The notes under the pieces: generated by a model
What the model saw: the letters and a program-made list of their open reading frames with translations, nothing else
What the model was told of the DNA's origin: nothing
The model's database searches: none
Made by a program: the position numbers and the translations under genes
Assembly (NCBI GenBank): GCA_044376115.1
Contig: JBILLK010000003.1
Location: forward strand, 128,001 to 192,000
Source of the DNA: Polyangiaceae bacterium
GTDB lineage: Bacteria > Myxococcota_A > Polyangia > Polyangiales > Polyangiaceae
Reading direction: 5' to 3'
DNA length: 64,000 nucleotides
In this document: positions 48,188 through 58,029 of the stretch, piece by piece
Layout: every line of letters starts with the position of its first letter
Numbering within the stretch: the first letter of the stretch is position 1

Positions 48188-50089
48188 ATGTGTGGCGTCT
48201 TTGGTCGATTCAACTTTCGCACGCAGCAGCCGGTGCAGCGTGCGGAACTTGAAGCAATGGCCAAACTGCTCGGCCACCGCGGCCCTGACGGCGAGGGGTT
48301 CTTCGAGCATGGCCACCTCGCTCTCGGTCATAAACGCCTGGCGATTATCGATCTCGAGGGTGGGCGTCAGCCGATGCGCTCGGGCGACCTGACCATCTCC
48401 TACAACGGCGAGGTCTTCAACTATCTCGAGTTGCTGCGCGAGCTGTCCCAACGAGGCGTTCCGGCTAAGTCGCAATCAGACACCGAGGCCATCCTGCTTT
48501 CATATGCAGAGTATGGTTTGGACTTCGTCCAACGACTAAATGGCATGTTCGCGTTTGCATTGTGGGATGGGGCGAAGCAGCGTTTGCTGCTCGTCCGTGA
48601 TCGCATGGGCGTCAAGCCGCTCTACTATGCATTCACGAAGGACGGTGTCGTGTTTGCCTCCGAGCTCAAGGCCCTTCGCGTTGCAGCTGGGGTCGATGGT
48701 TCGCTCGATCTCGAGGCCTTCGACGACTACATGACGCTCGGTTACGTTGTGCACCCGCGGTCCATCGCTCGCGGAATCCGCAAGCTTGATCCGGGCACCA
48801 TGCTCATCCTTGAGGAGGGCAAGGAGCCGAAGTTCTCCACGTATTGGAGGTTAGCCTTCCACCCTGACTACTCCAAAAACGAGGACCAGTGGGCCGAGGA
48901 GCTCAAGTCGGTCTTCGAGGACGCTGTCCGCCTTCGGTTGCGGAGTGACGTGCCTTTAGGAGTGCTGCTTTCTGGTGGAGTAGACTCAACAGCGATCGCT
49001 ACAACCCAGGCGCGGCTCTCCCCCAACTCGGGTGGACTCAATAGCTATACCGTTGGCGTTGACGTACCGGGGGCTATCAACGAATTTCAATGGGCTCGCG
49101 AAGTGGCGAACTCGCTTGGCACGACCCATCACGAACTTCGCCTTACCTCAGAGGAGAACGGCGCTCATCTGGTCGAGGCCGCCTCGATGCTCGATGAGCC
49201 CCTCGTCGAGCCGATGGTTGGCCAGCTATTGGCAGTTTGTCGATTGGCTCGTAAAAAAGTCACCGTGCTCCTCTCGGGAGAGGGCGCGGATGAAACCTGG
49301 CTTGGCTATTCCGCCTATCGTCGAATGTACCTGCTAGAGAAATTGCGCCAGCTTCTGCCCAGCTCGGTGGTTCGGAACGCGAGACCGCTGCTAGAGTTTG
49401 TTGCCAGTCACGTAACCATCCCCGCCAGTAAGCTCAAGCAGCTGCGCAATGCTTTAGAACCGCTCGAACGAGGCTACCTAGGGCTCAACAACTTTGACCC
49501 GTTGCAGCGCCTCAAACTCTATTCAAGCAGTACTCGTAACGTTTTACTCCACAGGGACGTCCGCGAGAGTATGCGGTTGCTCTACGATGATGCTGGTGGC
49601 CCCGAGACGATGTCGCGCATGGCTGCTGTAGATTGTCGCGGCTGGCTCGTGGACAATACCTTGGCTCGAAGTGACGTCATTAGTATGGCCGCTTCGTTGG
49701 AGCTGCGGGTCCCGTTCATGGATTACCGTCTTGTGGAGCTTGCCATGCGAGTCCCAGCGGGGTTCAAGGTGCGTGGTGGTTCGCACAAGTGGATTCTGAA
49801 GCGCGCACTAAGAGACCGCGTACCTTCAACGATCGCCAATCGTAAGAAGATGGGCTTCCCCACGCCGCTTGCATCTCTTCTACGTGGTCGCTGGGGGCGG
49901 CAGGCAGAAGCGGAGTTGATGGACCCTTCGAGGACGAGCAAAGAACTGTTCGAGCGGGACAGGATTCGGCGAATGTTTCGGGACCATCGAGCGGGGCGCA
50001 ATGACTTCTCAATGCCCATCATTCAGCTGCTCATGTTTGAGTATTGGGCAGCGCGGGCGGACGAGCTCTCGGCGCTGAGGTCAACGTGA
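48188..50089 (+). CDS. asnB: asparagine synthase (glutamine-hydrolysing)-family amidotransferase, second paralogue
   Basis: MCG, HRGPD, RLAIID, NGE, LSGGVDS, SGEGADE, SLELRVP, KMGF. Confidence 0.93.
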   Translation: MCGVFGRFNFRTQQPVQRAELEAMAKLLGHRGPDGEGFFEHGHLALGHKRLAIIDLEGGRQPMRSGDLTISYNGEVFNYLELLRELSQRGVPAKSQSDTEAILLSYAEYGLDFVQRLNGMFAFALWDGAKQRLLLVRDRMGVKPLYYAFTKDGVVFASELKALRVAAGVDGSLDLEAFDDYMTLGYVVHPRSIARGIRKLDPGTMLILEEGKEPKFSTYWRLAFHPDYSKNEDQWAEELKSVFEDAVRLRLRSDVPLGVLLSGGVDSTAIATTQARLSPNSGGLNSYTVGVDVPGAINEFQWAREVANSLGTTHHELRLTSEENGAHLVEAASMLDEPLVEPMVGQLLAVCRLARKKVTVLLSGEGADETWLGYSAYRRMYLLEKLRQLLPSSVVRNARPLLEFVASHVTIPASKLKQLRNALEPLERGYLGLNNFDPLQRLKLYSSSTRNVLLHRDVRESMRLLYDDAGGPETMSRMAAVDCRGWLVDNTLARSDVISMAASLELRVPFMDYRLVELAMRVPAGFKVRGGSHKWILKRALRDRVPSTIANRKKMGFPTPLASLLRGRWGRQAEAELMDPSRTSKELFERDRIRRMFRDHRAGRNDFSMPIIQLLMFEYWAARADELSALRST

Positions 50090-51264
50090 AGGTTGTCTTC
50101 CTCTCAACCTTGTACAGTTCCCCTGAACATCCACACCGAAGCCCTGGCAACGCGCGAATCTTGCGGGCGATGCGTAAGCATTGCGAATTGACGCTGGTGG
50201 TACCGCTGCCGTTCTATCCGGAGCCACTCGTTCGTCGCTATCCCGCGCTGCATGCACTCGCTATCGCGCCGGAAACCGAGCGAGATGTCGACGGTTACGA
50301 CATTCTCCACCCGAAGACCCTGCACCTGCCCAAGGTGGGTAGGGCCCTCTATGCAGGTCTGTTTGCCGGCTCACTACTGCGTCCACTTCAGAAGCTGCAT
50401 GCTGAACATCGTTTTGACGCCATGCTAACCGCCTGGGCCTATCCTGATGGGACTGGCGCGGTCGCGCTTGGAAAGGCGCTCAACTTGCCCACAGTAGTGC
50501 GTGTCATGGGGAGCGATATCAATGACTATGCTCACAAGCCCTATCGGCGACCACAGATTAAGTGGGCTATGCGCAATGCCAGTAGAGTGATCGCGGTATC
50601 AAGGCACCTGAAGGGCGAGGTAGAGAAGCTTGGGGCTAAAGCGGATAATGCCGTTTTCATTCCAACCGGCGTCGACCGGGCCCGCTTTGTTCACGTTCCG
50701 CGGGATGAGGCTAGACGGCAACTTGGTATCCAACATCAAGGTCCACTCGTGCTTGTCCCAGGTCGACTATCACCCGAGAAGGGAGTGAACTTCTTTCTGG
50801 ACGCGCTAGCGCAGCTGCCGTCGAGCGTGCACGGGATATTGGTGGGGGACGGTCTCGAGCGATCGAGACTTGAAGCGCAAGTGGCCTCGCTTGGCATTGG
50901 TCAACGGGTCACGTTTGCTGGCTTCCAACCCGAAGCGAGGATGCATTTGTATTATTCTGCGGCTGACGTTTCCTGCTTGGCCAGTCTCGAGGAAGGTTGG
51001 CCAGACGCTCTGATGGAAGCGTTCTCATGCGGGAGTACCGTGGTTGCTAGCAAGGTTGGTGGAGTGCCGGAGATCCTGGCGCTGACCGGCGAGGGACTAT
51101 TGGCCGAACCGGGAAACCCACAATCGTTGGCGGACGCTATCGGCCGGGCGCTCGCGACGAAGGTTGACCGCACCGCTCTCGCGGCGAAGATGGATGCTCA
51201 TTCGCTTGATTTGACTGCGCAACGGTATGTGGAGACCCTGCGCGACGCGGCTTCCCGAACTTAG
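50086..51264 (+). CDS. glycosyltransferase family 4 (TuaC-like)
   Basis: 'AYPDG', 'GSDIN', 'GRL.PEKG', 'EG.P..LMEA..CG..VV.S.VGGVPE'; GTGA overlap with asnB. Confidence 0.9.
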   Translation: MKVVFLSTLYSSPEHPHRSPGNARILRAMRKHCELTLVVPLPFYPEPLVRRYPALHALAIAPETERDVDGYDILHPKTLHLPKVGRALYAGLFAGSLLRPLQKLHAEHRFDAMLTAWAYPDGTGAVALGKALNLPTVVRVMGSDINDYAHKPYRRPQIKWAMRNASRVIAVSRHLKGEVEKLGAKADNAVFIPTGVDRARFVHVPRDEARRQLGIQHQGPLVLVPGRLSPEKGVNFFLDALAQLPSSVHGILVGDGLERSRLEAQVASLGIGQRVTFAGFQPEARMHLYYSAADVSCLASLEEGWPDALMEAFSCGSTVVASKVGGVPEILALTGEGLLAEPGNPQSLADAIGRALATKVDRTALAAKMDAHSLDLTAQRYVETLRDAASRT

Positions 51265-51326
51265 GTTGTTGGGGGAAGTTTCAACGCGTAATTGACGGTA
51301 CGCGTTCTTTGTTCAATCTGTTGATC

Positions 51327-52028
51327 GTGAGCGCAAGAGCGAAGAATCCTGGCCGCAAGGCTGGTCGCCACCGCCAACCTGAAGTCGCGGCTCAAGCGGC
51401 GGTTTCCAGGCCATTCGCCAAGGTCGTTCCGCGCCTTAAGAAGGCCCTTGCAGAGGCCAAGGCTAGCTCGAAGCGCGTTGAACCAAAGTCTACAAAGGCC
51501 ACCGCCGTTACCGAAGAATTGGCCTTCGCAGAACACATGCGAAACGTGACTCCCCTTCCAGCAAAGTCGGGCCGCATAACGAAGCGCACGGAGCCGGTGA
51601 CTCCGGAGGCGCCAATCGATGACGGAGCCCTCACAGGGGGAGAGCCGCAGCCCTGGCGCTTTGAGGTACAAGACGACGGCGTGCTTTTGGAGGGGCGGCG
51701 TGTCGACGTGGATCCACGGGAGCTCAGGCGACTGCGCACGAAGCGGTACCCGGTTGATGGCAAGCTCGATTTGCACGGAATGACCGTGGCCTGCGCCCGC
51801 CGTACAACCCTTGAGTTCGTTGCCAAGCGGCGCAGCCAAGGCGATCGAGTTGTGGAGATTGTCCACGGAAAGGGCTCCCATTCTCCGCGCGGTGAAGCCG
51901 TATTGCGTGGTGAACTTGGTGCCTGGTTGAGCCAAGGAATAGCGGTTAAGGCGGTGTTGGCTTTTGTTTCAGTCGTGGAACGCGGTGACGAGAGCGGAGC
52001 GGTATTGGTCCTTTTAGCCAAGCGATGA
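51327..52028 (+). CDS. Smr domain protein
   Basis: 'KLDLHGMT', 'IVHGKG', 'GAVLVLL'. Start uncertain. Confidence 0.88.
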   Translation: MSARAKNPGRKAGRHRQPEVAAQAAVSRPFAKVVPRLKKALAEAKASSKRVEPKSTKATAVTEELAFAEHMRNVTPLPAKSGRITKRTEPVTPEAPIDDGALTGGEPQPWRFEVQDDGVLLEGRRVDVDPRELRRLRTKRYPVDGKLDLHGMTVACARRTTLEFVAKRRSQGDRVVEIVHGKGSHSPRGEAVLRGELGAWLSQGIAVKAVLAFVSVVERGDESGAVLVLLAKR

Positions 52029-52047
52029 CCACTCATGGTCCAGTGAG

Positions 52048-54063
52048 CTAGCCAACAACCATGCGCCCAGCGATGAAGACCCCTTGGAGAGTGCTCATTG
52101 CGACTTTCGGATCGAGCCCAAGCGACTGCAGTCGCTCGGTTTGCTCCACCGAAAAGCCAACCGATAGCGGTTCTCCCCTCTTCCGCGGTTTGGCAGCGGT
52201 TTCAGCAATCACATCGCCCATCATCACGATCTTGATGCGCTCCGAAACGTCGCGTGGAGAATCGTGGTGCGCCTCACAAGCTTCGATGACAGCTCCGGTG
52301 AGGCCCCACGCTCGAGCAACCTCCGCTCCAGCCCGTGCATGGTGTCTGGCGACTAGCGAAGCAACGTCGTCCTCATCTAGCTCGCATTCGAGCTCTCCAA
52401 GGACACGCAAGATGCGAGCTTCGCCTATGTCGTGCAACAACCCGCATAGGTATGCCTCCTCGAAGATGACCCCGACACTCCGGGATATCTCGGAGGTTGC
52501 AATGGCTGCCATTACGCTCTTGGCGAACACCGCGCTCACCTCTTGGTGGAAGCGCCCGCCTCCACCATGGGCACGCTCATAGACGACCTGCAATAGCAGG
52601 TCTCGCGCGGTTGCAAGGCCAAGTCGCACCAACGCTCCGTGTGTCGAAACCACTCTGCTACCCGCGCTATAGAGCGGCGAGTTTGCGAGTGAGAGGAAGC
52701 GAGCTGCAAGCGTCGGGTCACGATCAACGAGCCGTGCTATTCGCGGCATATCCGATTGGGGGTCTCGGGCTAGACGAAGCGCCTGAGCAGCAGCGTCTGG
52801 TAGGAGGGGAAGGCCGGCTCTTTTCGTCGACATTGCTTTGAGTAACGCCGACTCGATCTCCCCTGGGGCCGCCACTCCCTTGGCCTTTCGGGGCGTCGCG
52901 GCAACGATCGTTGGTGAAGTCGGGGTTGGTCGTGACGACTGAATGCTCGGTAGTAAGGGGCTGGGCATTGCGGGGACGGCAATGCTCTCTTGAGCCGCGG
53001 GAGTTTGTGAGCCGTTCCTCGACTCCATCGCTGGCATGCGGGAAAGAGGGGCGGGAAGCTCGAACACGTTCGATACCTCATCCGCTCCAAATGCGCGTTC
53101 GACCCGATTTCGGCCGCCACGCTTTGCCCGATAAAGTGCGCTGTCGGCTCTCTTGTAAAGCGCTTCTCGCGAAAGGTCTGGGTGCTCGGGATCAAATACG
53201 GCGTAGCCGACCGAGACTGTTAGTTTCTGCCCAAGACTCGGAATCTCCAATGTCTCAATGTTGCCGCGGTGCCGTTCAGCCACAGCTGCCGCTACTGGCT
53301 CGTCAGCTCCAGCAACGAGCACGACAAATTCTTCCCCTCCGTACCGTCCGCACCGATCGTTGCCGCGTGCTGCATTCTCGATCCGTTTTGAGACTTTGCG
53401 AAGAACGTCATCGCCAACGTCGTGTCCAAACCGGTCATTGATGGACTTAAAGTGGTCAACATCGATGAACAGGATGGAGAACTTCTTCTCCCCCGTCATC
53501 GCCTCACTGAGCAGGGAGTCGAAAGAACCGCGGTTGAGCAGCCCGGTTAGTGCATCAACTTTCGACGCGCGCTTGTAGTGGTCACGCTCATTCCTTACGC
53601 GCCGGAGGCGATCCCGAATGCGCTTGTTGCGCAGCTGGACGCGGACCCGCGCGATGAACTCGAGTGGTCGAGCCAGTGGTAGGCAGTAGTCGTCGGCGCC
53701 GGCCATCAGGCCTTGGCAGATCAGGTCATCCGAAACGGGCGCCATGTTCAGAATCACGATCGGCAGAAACCGGCCTGCCTCGGTCGCCCGAATATCACCA
53801 CACAGCTCCGTTGGAGCCCGGTCGCCAGTATCTGTGTCGAGTAGCACCAGATCCGCACCAAGGTCTCCAAGGACCGCGAATAGGCGCTCCGGCCCAGATA
53901 GCGGCACAACCTCCCAGCCTTGCTCCGCCAGCTCCCTCTTGAGCTCCATGGCTGGGCTACCTTCGCGCGCTACCAGCGCAACGCGTGGGGTGCGCTCGGT
54001 TTCCGGAGGGGAACTCGAGGTGACGCCGGGCACAGCCCTAGTTGAAAGGAGAGGTAGACCCAT
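52048..54063 (-). CDS. diguanylate cyclase: atypical REC + GGDEF + HDOD
   Basis: D.LTGL.NR, D.DHFK..ND..GH..GD, RGND I-site, GGEEF; HDOD 'LP.LP', 'DP.LA...L..ANS', 'GLLHDIG'. Confidence 0.9.
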   Translation of the reverse strand: MGLPLLSTRAVPGVTSSSPPETERTPRVALVAREGSPAMELKRELAEQGWEVVPLSGPERLFAVLGDLGADLVLLDTDTGDRAPTELCGDIRATEAGRFLPIVILNMAPVSDDLICQGLMAGADDYCLPLARPLEFIARVRVQLRNKRIRDRLRRVRNERDHYKRASKVDALTGLLNRGSFDSLLSEAMTGEKKFSILFIDVDHFKSINDRFGHDVGDDVLRKVSKRIENAARGNDRCGRYGGEEFVVLVAGADEPVAAAVAERHRGNIETLEIPSLGQKLTVSVGYAVFDPEHPDLSREALYKRADSALYRAKRGGRNRVERAFGADEVSNVFELPAPLSRMPAMESRNGSQTPAAQESIAVPAMPSPLLPSIQSSRPTPTSPTIVAATPRKAKGVAAPGEIESALLKAMSTKRAGLPLLPDAAAQALRLARDPQSDMPRIARLVDRDPTLAARFLSLANSPLYSAGSRVVSTHGALVRLGLATARDLLLQVVYERAHGGGGRFHQEVSAVFAKSVMAAIATSEISRSVGVIFEEAYLCGLLHDIGEARILRVLGELECELDEDDVASLVARHHARAGAEVARAWGLTGAVIEACEAHHDSPRDVSERIKIVMMGDVIAETAAKPRKRGEPLSVGFSVEQTERLQSLGLDPKVAMSTLQGVFIAGRMVVG

Positions 54064-54185
54064 CGAACGTGCTTCTATTCAGCGACGGACCAAACCGACG
54101 ATACTTGAGGCTCCAATGTGTGCTGCGGTATCCCCCAACAGGCGTACCAGTCGTTGCACCTGGATTGGTGTAGCTTCATTCCGCG

Positions 54186-56855
54186 ATGCACGACGATCCG
54201 GAACAAACGCGCCTTGCCGCTGACTCTGATAGGTCCTCCAATTGGAAGCGGTGGGGGCCCTACCTCGCAGAACGTCAGTGGGCCACTGTTCGAGAGGACT
54301 ACAGTGAGAGTGGGGACGTTTGGTCGTACTTTCCTCATGACCACGCCAGGAGTCGGGCCTACCGCTGGGGCGAGGACGGTCTCTTGGGTATCACCGACCG
54401 TCAGGGCCGCATGTGCTTCGCACTGGCCCTGTGGAACGAGAAAGACGCCATCCTCAAAGAGAGGCTCTTCGGGCTGACAAACGGGGAGGGAAACCACGGC
54501 GAGGACCCGAAGGAACTTTGGTACTACCTCGACGCAACGCCAACGTCTTCCTATCTAAAGGCGCTGTACAAGTATCCACAAGCGGCCTTCCCTTATGAGG
54601 AGTTAGTCGCCGAGAACCGAAAGCGCGGCCGCAATCAAGCAGAGTTTGAATTGCTCGATACTGGTCTACTCCAATCCGGTCGCTACTTTGATGTTTCTGT
54701 CGAGTACGCAAAATTTGATGCCGATGACATCGGAATACTCATAACGATAGAGAATCGCGGAAACGAGCCAGCTCCGCTTCATGTGCTACCTACGCTTTGG
54801 TTTCGCAATACGTGGAGTTGGGGAAGAACGAGTGAAGGATACTGGCCTAAGCCCTTGCTTTGTCTCGCTGAGGAGCATCAGGGCGTAGCAATTAACGCGG
54901 AACATGCCTCACTCGGCAGGTTCACGCTTCTGGCCGCGGGCTCAAGCAAGGATCGCGTCTACTTTACTGAGAACGAGACAAACAACGAGAGGCTTTTCGG
55001 CGTTCCAAATGCGTCACCCTACGTGAAAGATGCGTTTCACGAACGAGTTGTTGGCAAAAAGCTGAATGCCACAAACCCCGAACAGAATGGCACCAAGGCA
55101 GCCATTCACTACGCAACGACCATCCCCGCTGGGGGGACGTGGAAGCTCTATCTGCGGTTGTCGGCAGATACCGGTATTGCCCATGCTGACTCGGACGATG
55201 AGCTCATCCGAGCTGTTGAGGGGATTCTAAAGCAGCGTCGCGCCGAGTGTGAGCTGTTCCACGAGCGCAGGATGCCGCTTACGGCGAGTGCTGATGAACG
55301 ACGCGTCATTCGACAGGCCCGCGCGGGGTTGCTCTTTTCCCGCCAATTCTATTGGTACGTTGTAAGCCATTGGCTTGAGGGCGACCCGGCACAACCGCAA
55401 CCACCAAAGCGAACGCGTAATCGCGATTGGAAGCATCTTTACAATCGCGACGTCATTAGTATGCCGGATAAGTGGGAGTATCCCTGGTATGCGTCTTGGG
55501 ATCTTGCCTTTCACATGATTCCGATGGCTGAGATTGACCCGGAGTTCGCCAAAGACCAGCTCATCCTCTTCTTGCGCGAATGGTATATGCAGCCCAATGG
55601 GCAGATACCGGCATACGAGTTCAACTTCTCAGACGTAAATCCCCCTGTATTTGCTTGGGCGGCGTGGCGAGTTTTCAAGATGACCGCGCCGCGTGGGCAC
55701 CGCGATAGGATCTTTCTGGCACGGATCTTCGCCAAGCTGATGATCAATTTTACTTGGTGGGTAAACCGGAAGGATGACGACGATGACAACCTCTTCTCCG
55801 GCGGGTTCCTTGGGCTAGATAATATAGGTGTATTTGACCGTTCTAGGCCCCTGCCAACTGGGGGTCGTTTGGCCCAAGCGGATGGGACCGCGTGGATGGG
55901 GTTCTACGCGGCGCATATGCTCTCGATCGCCTTTGAGCTTGCAGACGTGGTCGCGGTGGAAGATCTCGCATCAAAGTTTTTTGAGCACTTCATCGGCATC
56001 GCCGATGCAATCAACAGCTTTGGTGGCACGGGACTCTGGGATGAGCAGGATGGTTTTTACTATGACCAGATAGAGTTGGGCGGGCGTCGTATGCCATTGC
56101 GCGTTCGCTCCATGGTCGGCCTGATACCGCTGTTTACTGCAGAGGTCCTCGAAGAGTCTGTTCTTGAGCGCTTTCCCGGTTTCCGCAAGCGGATGGAGTG
56201 GCTACTCGAAAATCGTAGTGAGCTGGCCAAGAACATCACTTACATGGAGACGCCTGCTCATGCGAACGGCGGACATCGTCTACTGGCTATACCAACCAAG
56301 GAGCGTTTGGTCCGCGCCCTTGGTTACGTGCTGGACGAATCCGAGTTCTTGTCGCCCTTTGGTATCCGCTCGCTTTCGCTGGTCCACCACGAGAAGCCAT
56401 ACGTCTTTCGTGTCGGTAACGAAGAATATCGAGTGGACTACGCTCCAGGCGACGCCGACACGGGGATGTTTGGCGGGAACTCCAACTGGCGTGGTCCGGT
56501 TTGGATGCCCCTCAACTACCTTCTGATAGAAGCGCTGGAGCGCTACGACTTCTTTTACGGGGAGACCTTGAAGGTTGAGTGTCCAACTGGCTCGGGGAAC
56601 TGGATGCGCCTACGCGACGTGGCCCACGAGATATCGCGAAGGCTGTCGCTTCTCTTTGTCCCCAATGAGGAAGGTGTAATCCCCGCTTGGGGCCCACATG
56701 GCACCTTCCTCGCAAAGAACGACCACTTCAATAAATTGGTCCCCTTTCATGAGTTCTTCCACGCCGAGCGCGGTTGGGGCTGCGGCGCGGAGCATCAAAC
56801 AGGGTGGACTGCGCTAATAATCAATTGCATCCGAAAGTGCCATAGCGGCAAGTAG
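54186..56855 (+). CDS. GH63/MGH1-like glucosidase
   Basis: WGPYL.ERQW.TVREDYS, SMPDKWEYPW, FLGLDNI, NSNWRGP.W, HQTGWT. Confidence 0.92.
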   Translation: MHDDPEQTRLAADSDRSSNWKRWGPYLAERQWATVREDYSESGDVWSYFPHDHARSRAYRWGEDGLLGITDRQGRMCFALALWNEKDAILKERLFGLTNGEGNHGEDPKELWYYLDATPTSSYLKALYKYPQAAFPYEELVAENRKRGRNQAEFELLDTGLLQSGRYFDVSVEYAKFDADDIGILITIENRGNEPAPLHVLPTLWFRNTWSWGRTSEGYWPKPLLCLAEEHQGVAINAEHASLGRFTLLAAGSSKDRVYFTENETNNERLFGVPNASPYVKDAFHERVVGKKLNATNPEQNGTKAAIHYATTIPAGGTWKLYLRLSADTGIAHADSDDELIRAVEGILKQRRAECELFHERRMPLTASADERRVIRQARAGLLFSRQFYWYVVSHWLEGDPAQPQPPKRTRNRDWKHLYNRDVISMPDKWEYPWYASWDLAFHMIPMAEIDPEFAKDQLILFLREWYMQPNGQIPAYEFNFSDVNPPVFAWAAWRVFKMTAPRGHRDRIFLARIFAKLMINFTWWVNRKDDDDDNLFSGGFLGLDNIGVFDRSRPLPTGGRLAQADGTAWMGFYAAHMLSIAFELADVVAVEDLASKFFEHFIGIADAINSFGGTGLWDEQDGFYYDQIELGGRRMPLRVRSMVGLIPLFTAEVLEESVLERFPGFRKRMEWLLENRSELAKNITYMETPAHANGGHRLLAIPTKERLVRALGYVLDESEFLSPFGIRSLSLVHHEKPYVFRVGNEEYRVDYAPGDADTGMFGGNSNWRGPVWMPLNYLLIEALERYDFFYGETLKVECPTGSGNWMRLRDVAHEISRRLSLLFVPNEEGVIPAWGPHGTFLAKNDHFNKLVPFHEFFHAERGWGCGAEHQTGWTALIINCIRKCHSGK

Positions 56856-56856
56856 G

Positions 56857-57993
56857 TCAAAGCGCCTTCTTGTAGACCCGGTACTTCTTGTAGACCTTCG
56901 CTCCCATCGACTTGATGCCGAGATTGATGGGAGCATCGTCCTCACGAGTCCAGCTGCATTCGCTCCATTCATAGCCTTTGGCTGCACCGCGCTTTGCAAC
57001 TTCGCAATACATTGCGGAGGCTAGGCCACCATATCGCTTGATGTTCTTTCGCGCCTCACCGCGAATGCCTAGCAAAATAAGGCGGGTGGAGACTGGGTGC
57101 TTGACCTTTGCGCGATAGAGCAGCTTGGCCCAGTTGAATGGGAAGAGTTTGCCCTTGAGGTCTTTAATCACCTCATTGAGGTTCGGCACCATGATGCACA
57201 TGCCTGCTGCCACGCCGTCGATCTCGGCCATGAAAGCAATGTCCGGATCGATGACGAGCTTCATCTCCTCAACCATCTTGTCCACTTCAGGACGAGTAGC
57301 CGGGACGAAGCCCCACTTTCCCGCCCAGGCGTCATTGTAGATCTCGACGATGGTGCGAATATCCGAGTCGAAGTTCTTCATGCTCACGGAGCGCAACCGC
57401 ACTTCAGGGAGGTTCTTCACGGTCTCCCAGGCTCGGAGAGTGCGCTCATTGAAGGGAGTGTCTCGATGGTAGTACCAACACCAAAGGTCCTTCTCCTTGG
57501 TGTATCCGCAGGCCTCGGCCAGGCTGCCCTGATACTTACGAGAATGCGCCATCATGAGAACGGGCGGGTGTTCAAACCCCTCGACGAGGAGCCCGATTTC
57601 ATCATTGGCGTAAAGGGAGAGCGGCCCCATCGAGTACTTCATCCCTTTGCTTGCCAGCCATGTCTCCGCGGCCTTTAGAAGGGCTTGAGCGACCTCGGTG
57701 TCGTCGATGGTGTCAAAGAAGCCGAAGAAGCCTGTGTCGTCCTTCCACAGCCGAAGGTGCTCTCGATCGACGGTTGCCGAAGTGCGGCCGACGAGCTTGC
57801 CATCTTTCCAGGCCGTGAAGAGGGCGACCTCTCCCCGTTGGAAGAAAGGATTCTTCTTCGGAGACAGTCGGCCTTTGATGTCGAAGTCGAGCGGTGGAAC
57901 CCAACTCGCGTCTCCTTCAAAGACTACATGTGCCGCCTGAATGAAATCTTTGAGGTCCACGCCCGGCGTATGCGAGCGAATCTCGATAGGCAT
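56857..57993 (-). CDS. YghO-family GNAT acyltransferase; candidate bacterial ceramide synthase
   Basis: 'D..WVPPL', 'NPFF', 'GR..A..D', 'GFFGFF', 'G.LVEGF', 'N.AW...WGF.P', 'GKLFPF', 'E.SW..E.', 'YK.YR.Y'. Confidence 0.8.
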   Translation of the reverse strand: MPIEIRSHTPGVDLKDFIQAAHVVFEGDASWVPPLDFDIKGRLSPKKNPFFQRGEVALFTAWKDGKLVGRTSATVDREHLRLWKDDTGFFGFFDTIDDTEVAQALLKAAETWLASKGMKYSMGPLSLYANDEIGLLVEGFEHPPVLMMAHSRKYQGSLAEACGYTKEKDLWCWYYHRDTPFNERTLRAWETVKNLPEVRLRSVSMKNFDSDIRTIVEIYNDAWAGKWGFVPATRPEVDKMVEEMKLVIDPDIAFMAEIDGVAAGMCIMVPNLNEVIKDLKGKLFPFNWAKLLYRAKVKHPVSTRLILLGIRGEARKNIKRYGGLASAMYCEVAKRGAAKGYEWSECSWTREDDAPINLGIKSMGAKVYKKYRVYKKAL

Positions 57994-58029
57994 GCGGCCT
58001 TTTACTCCGATAGGTAGCGCTTCGCGAGT

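Noticed and set aside
51261..52036. Two minus-strand ORFs of 214-224 aa
   Set aside because: Antisense shadows of the Smr gene.
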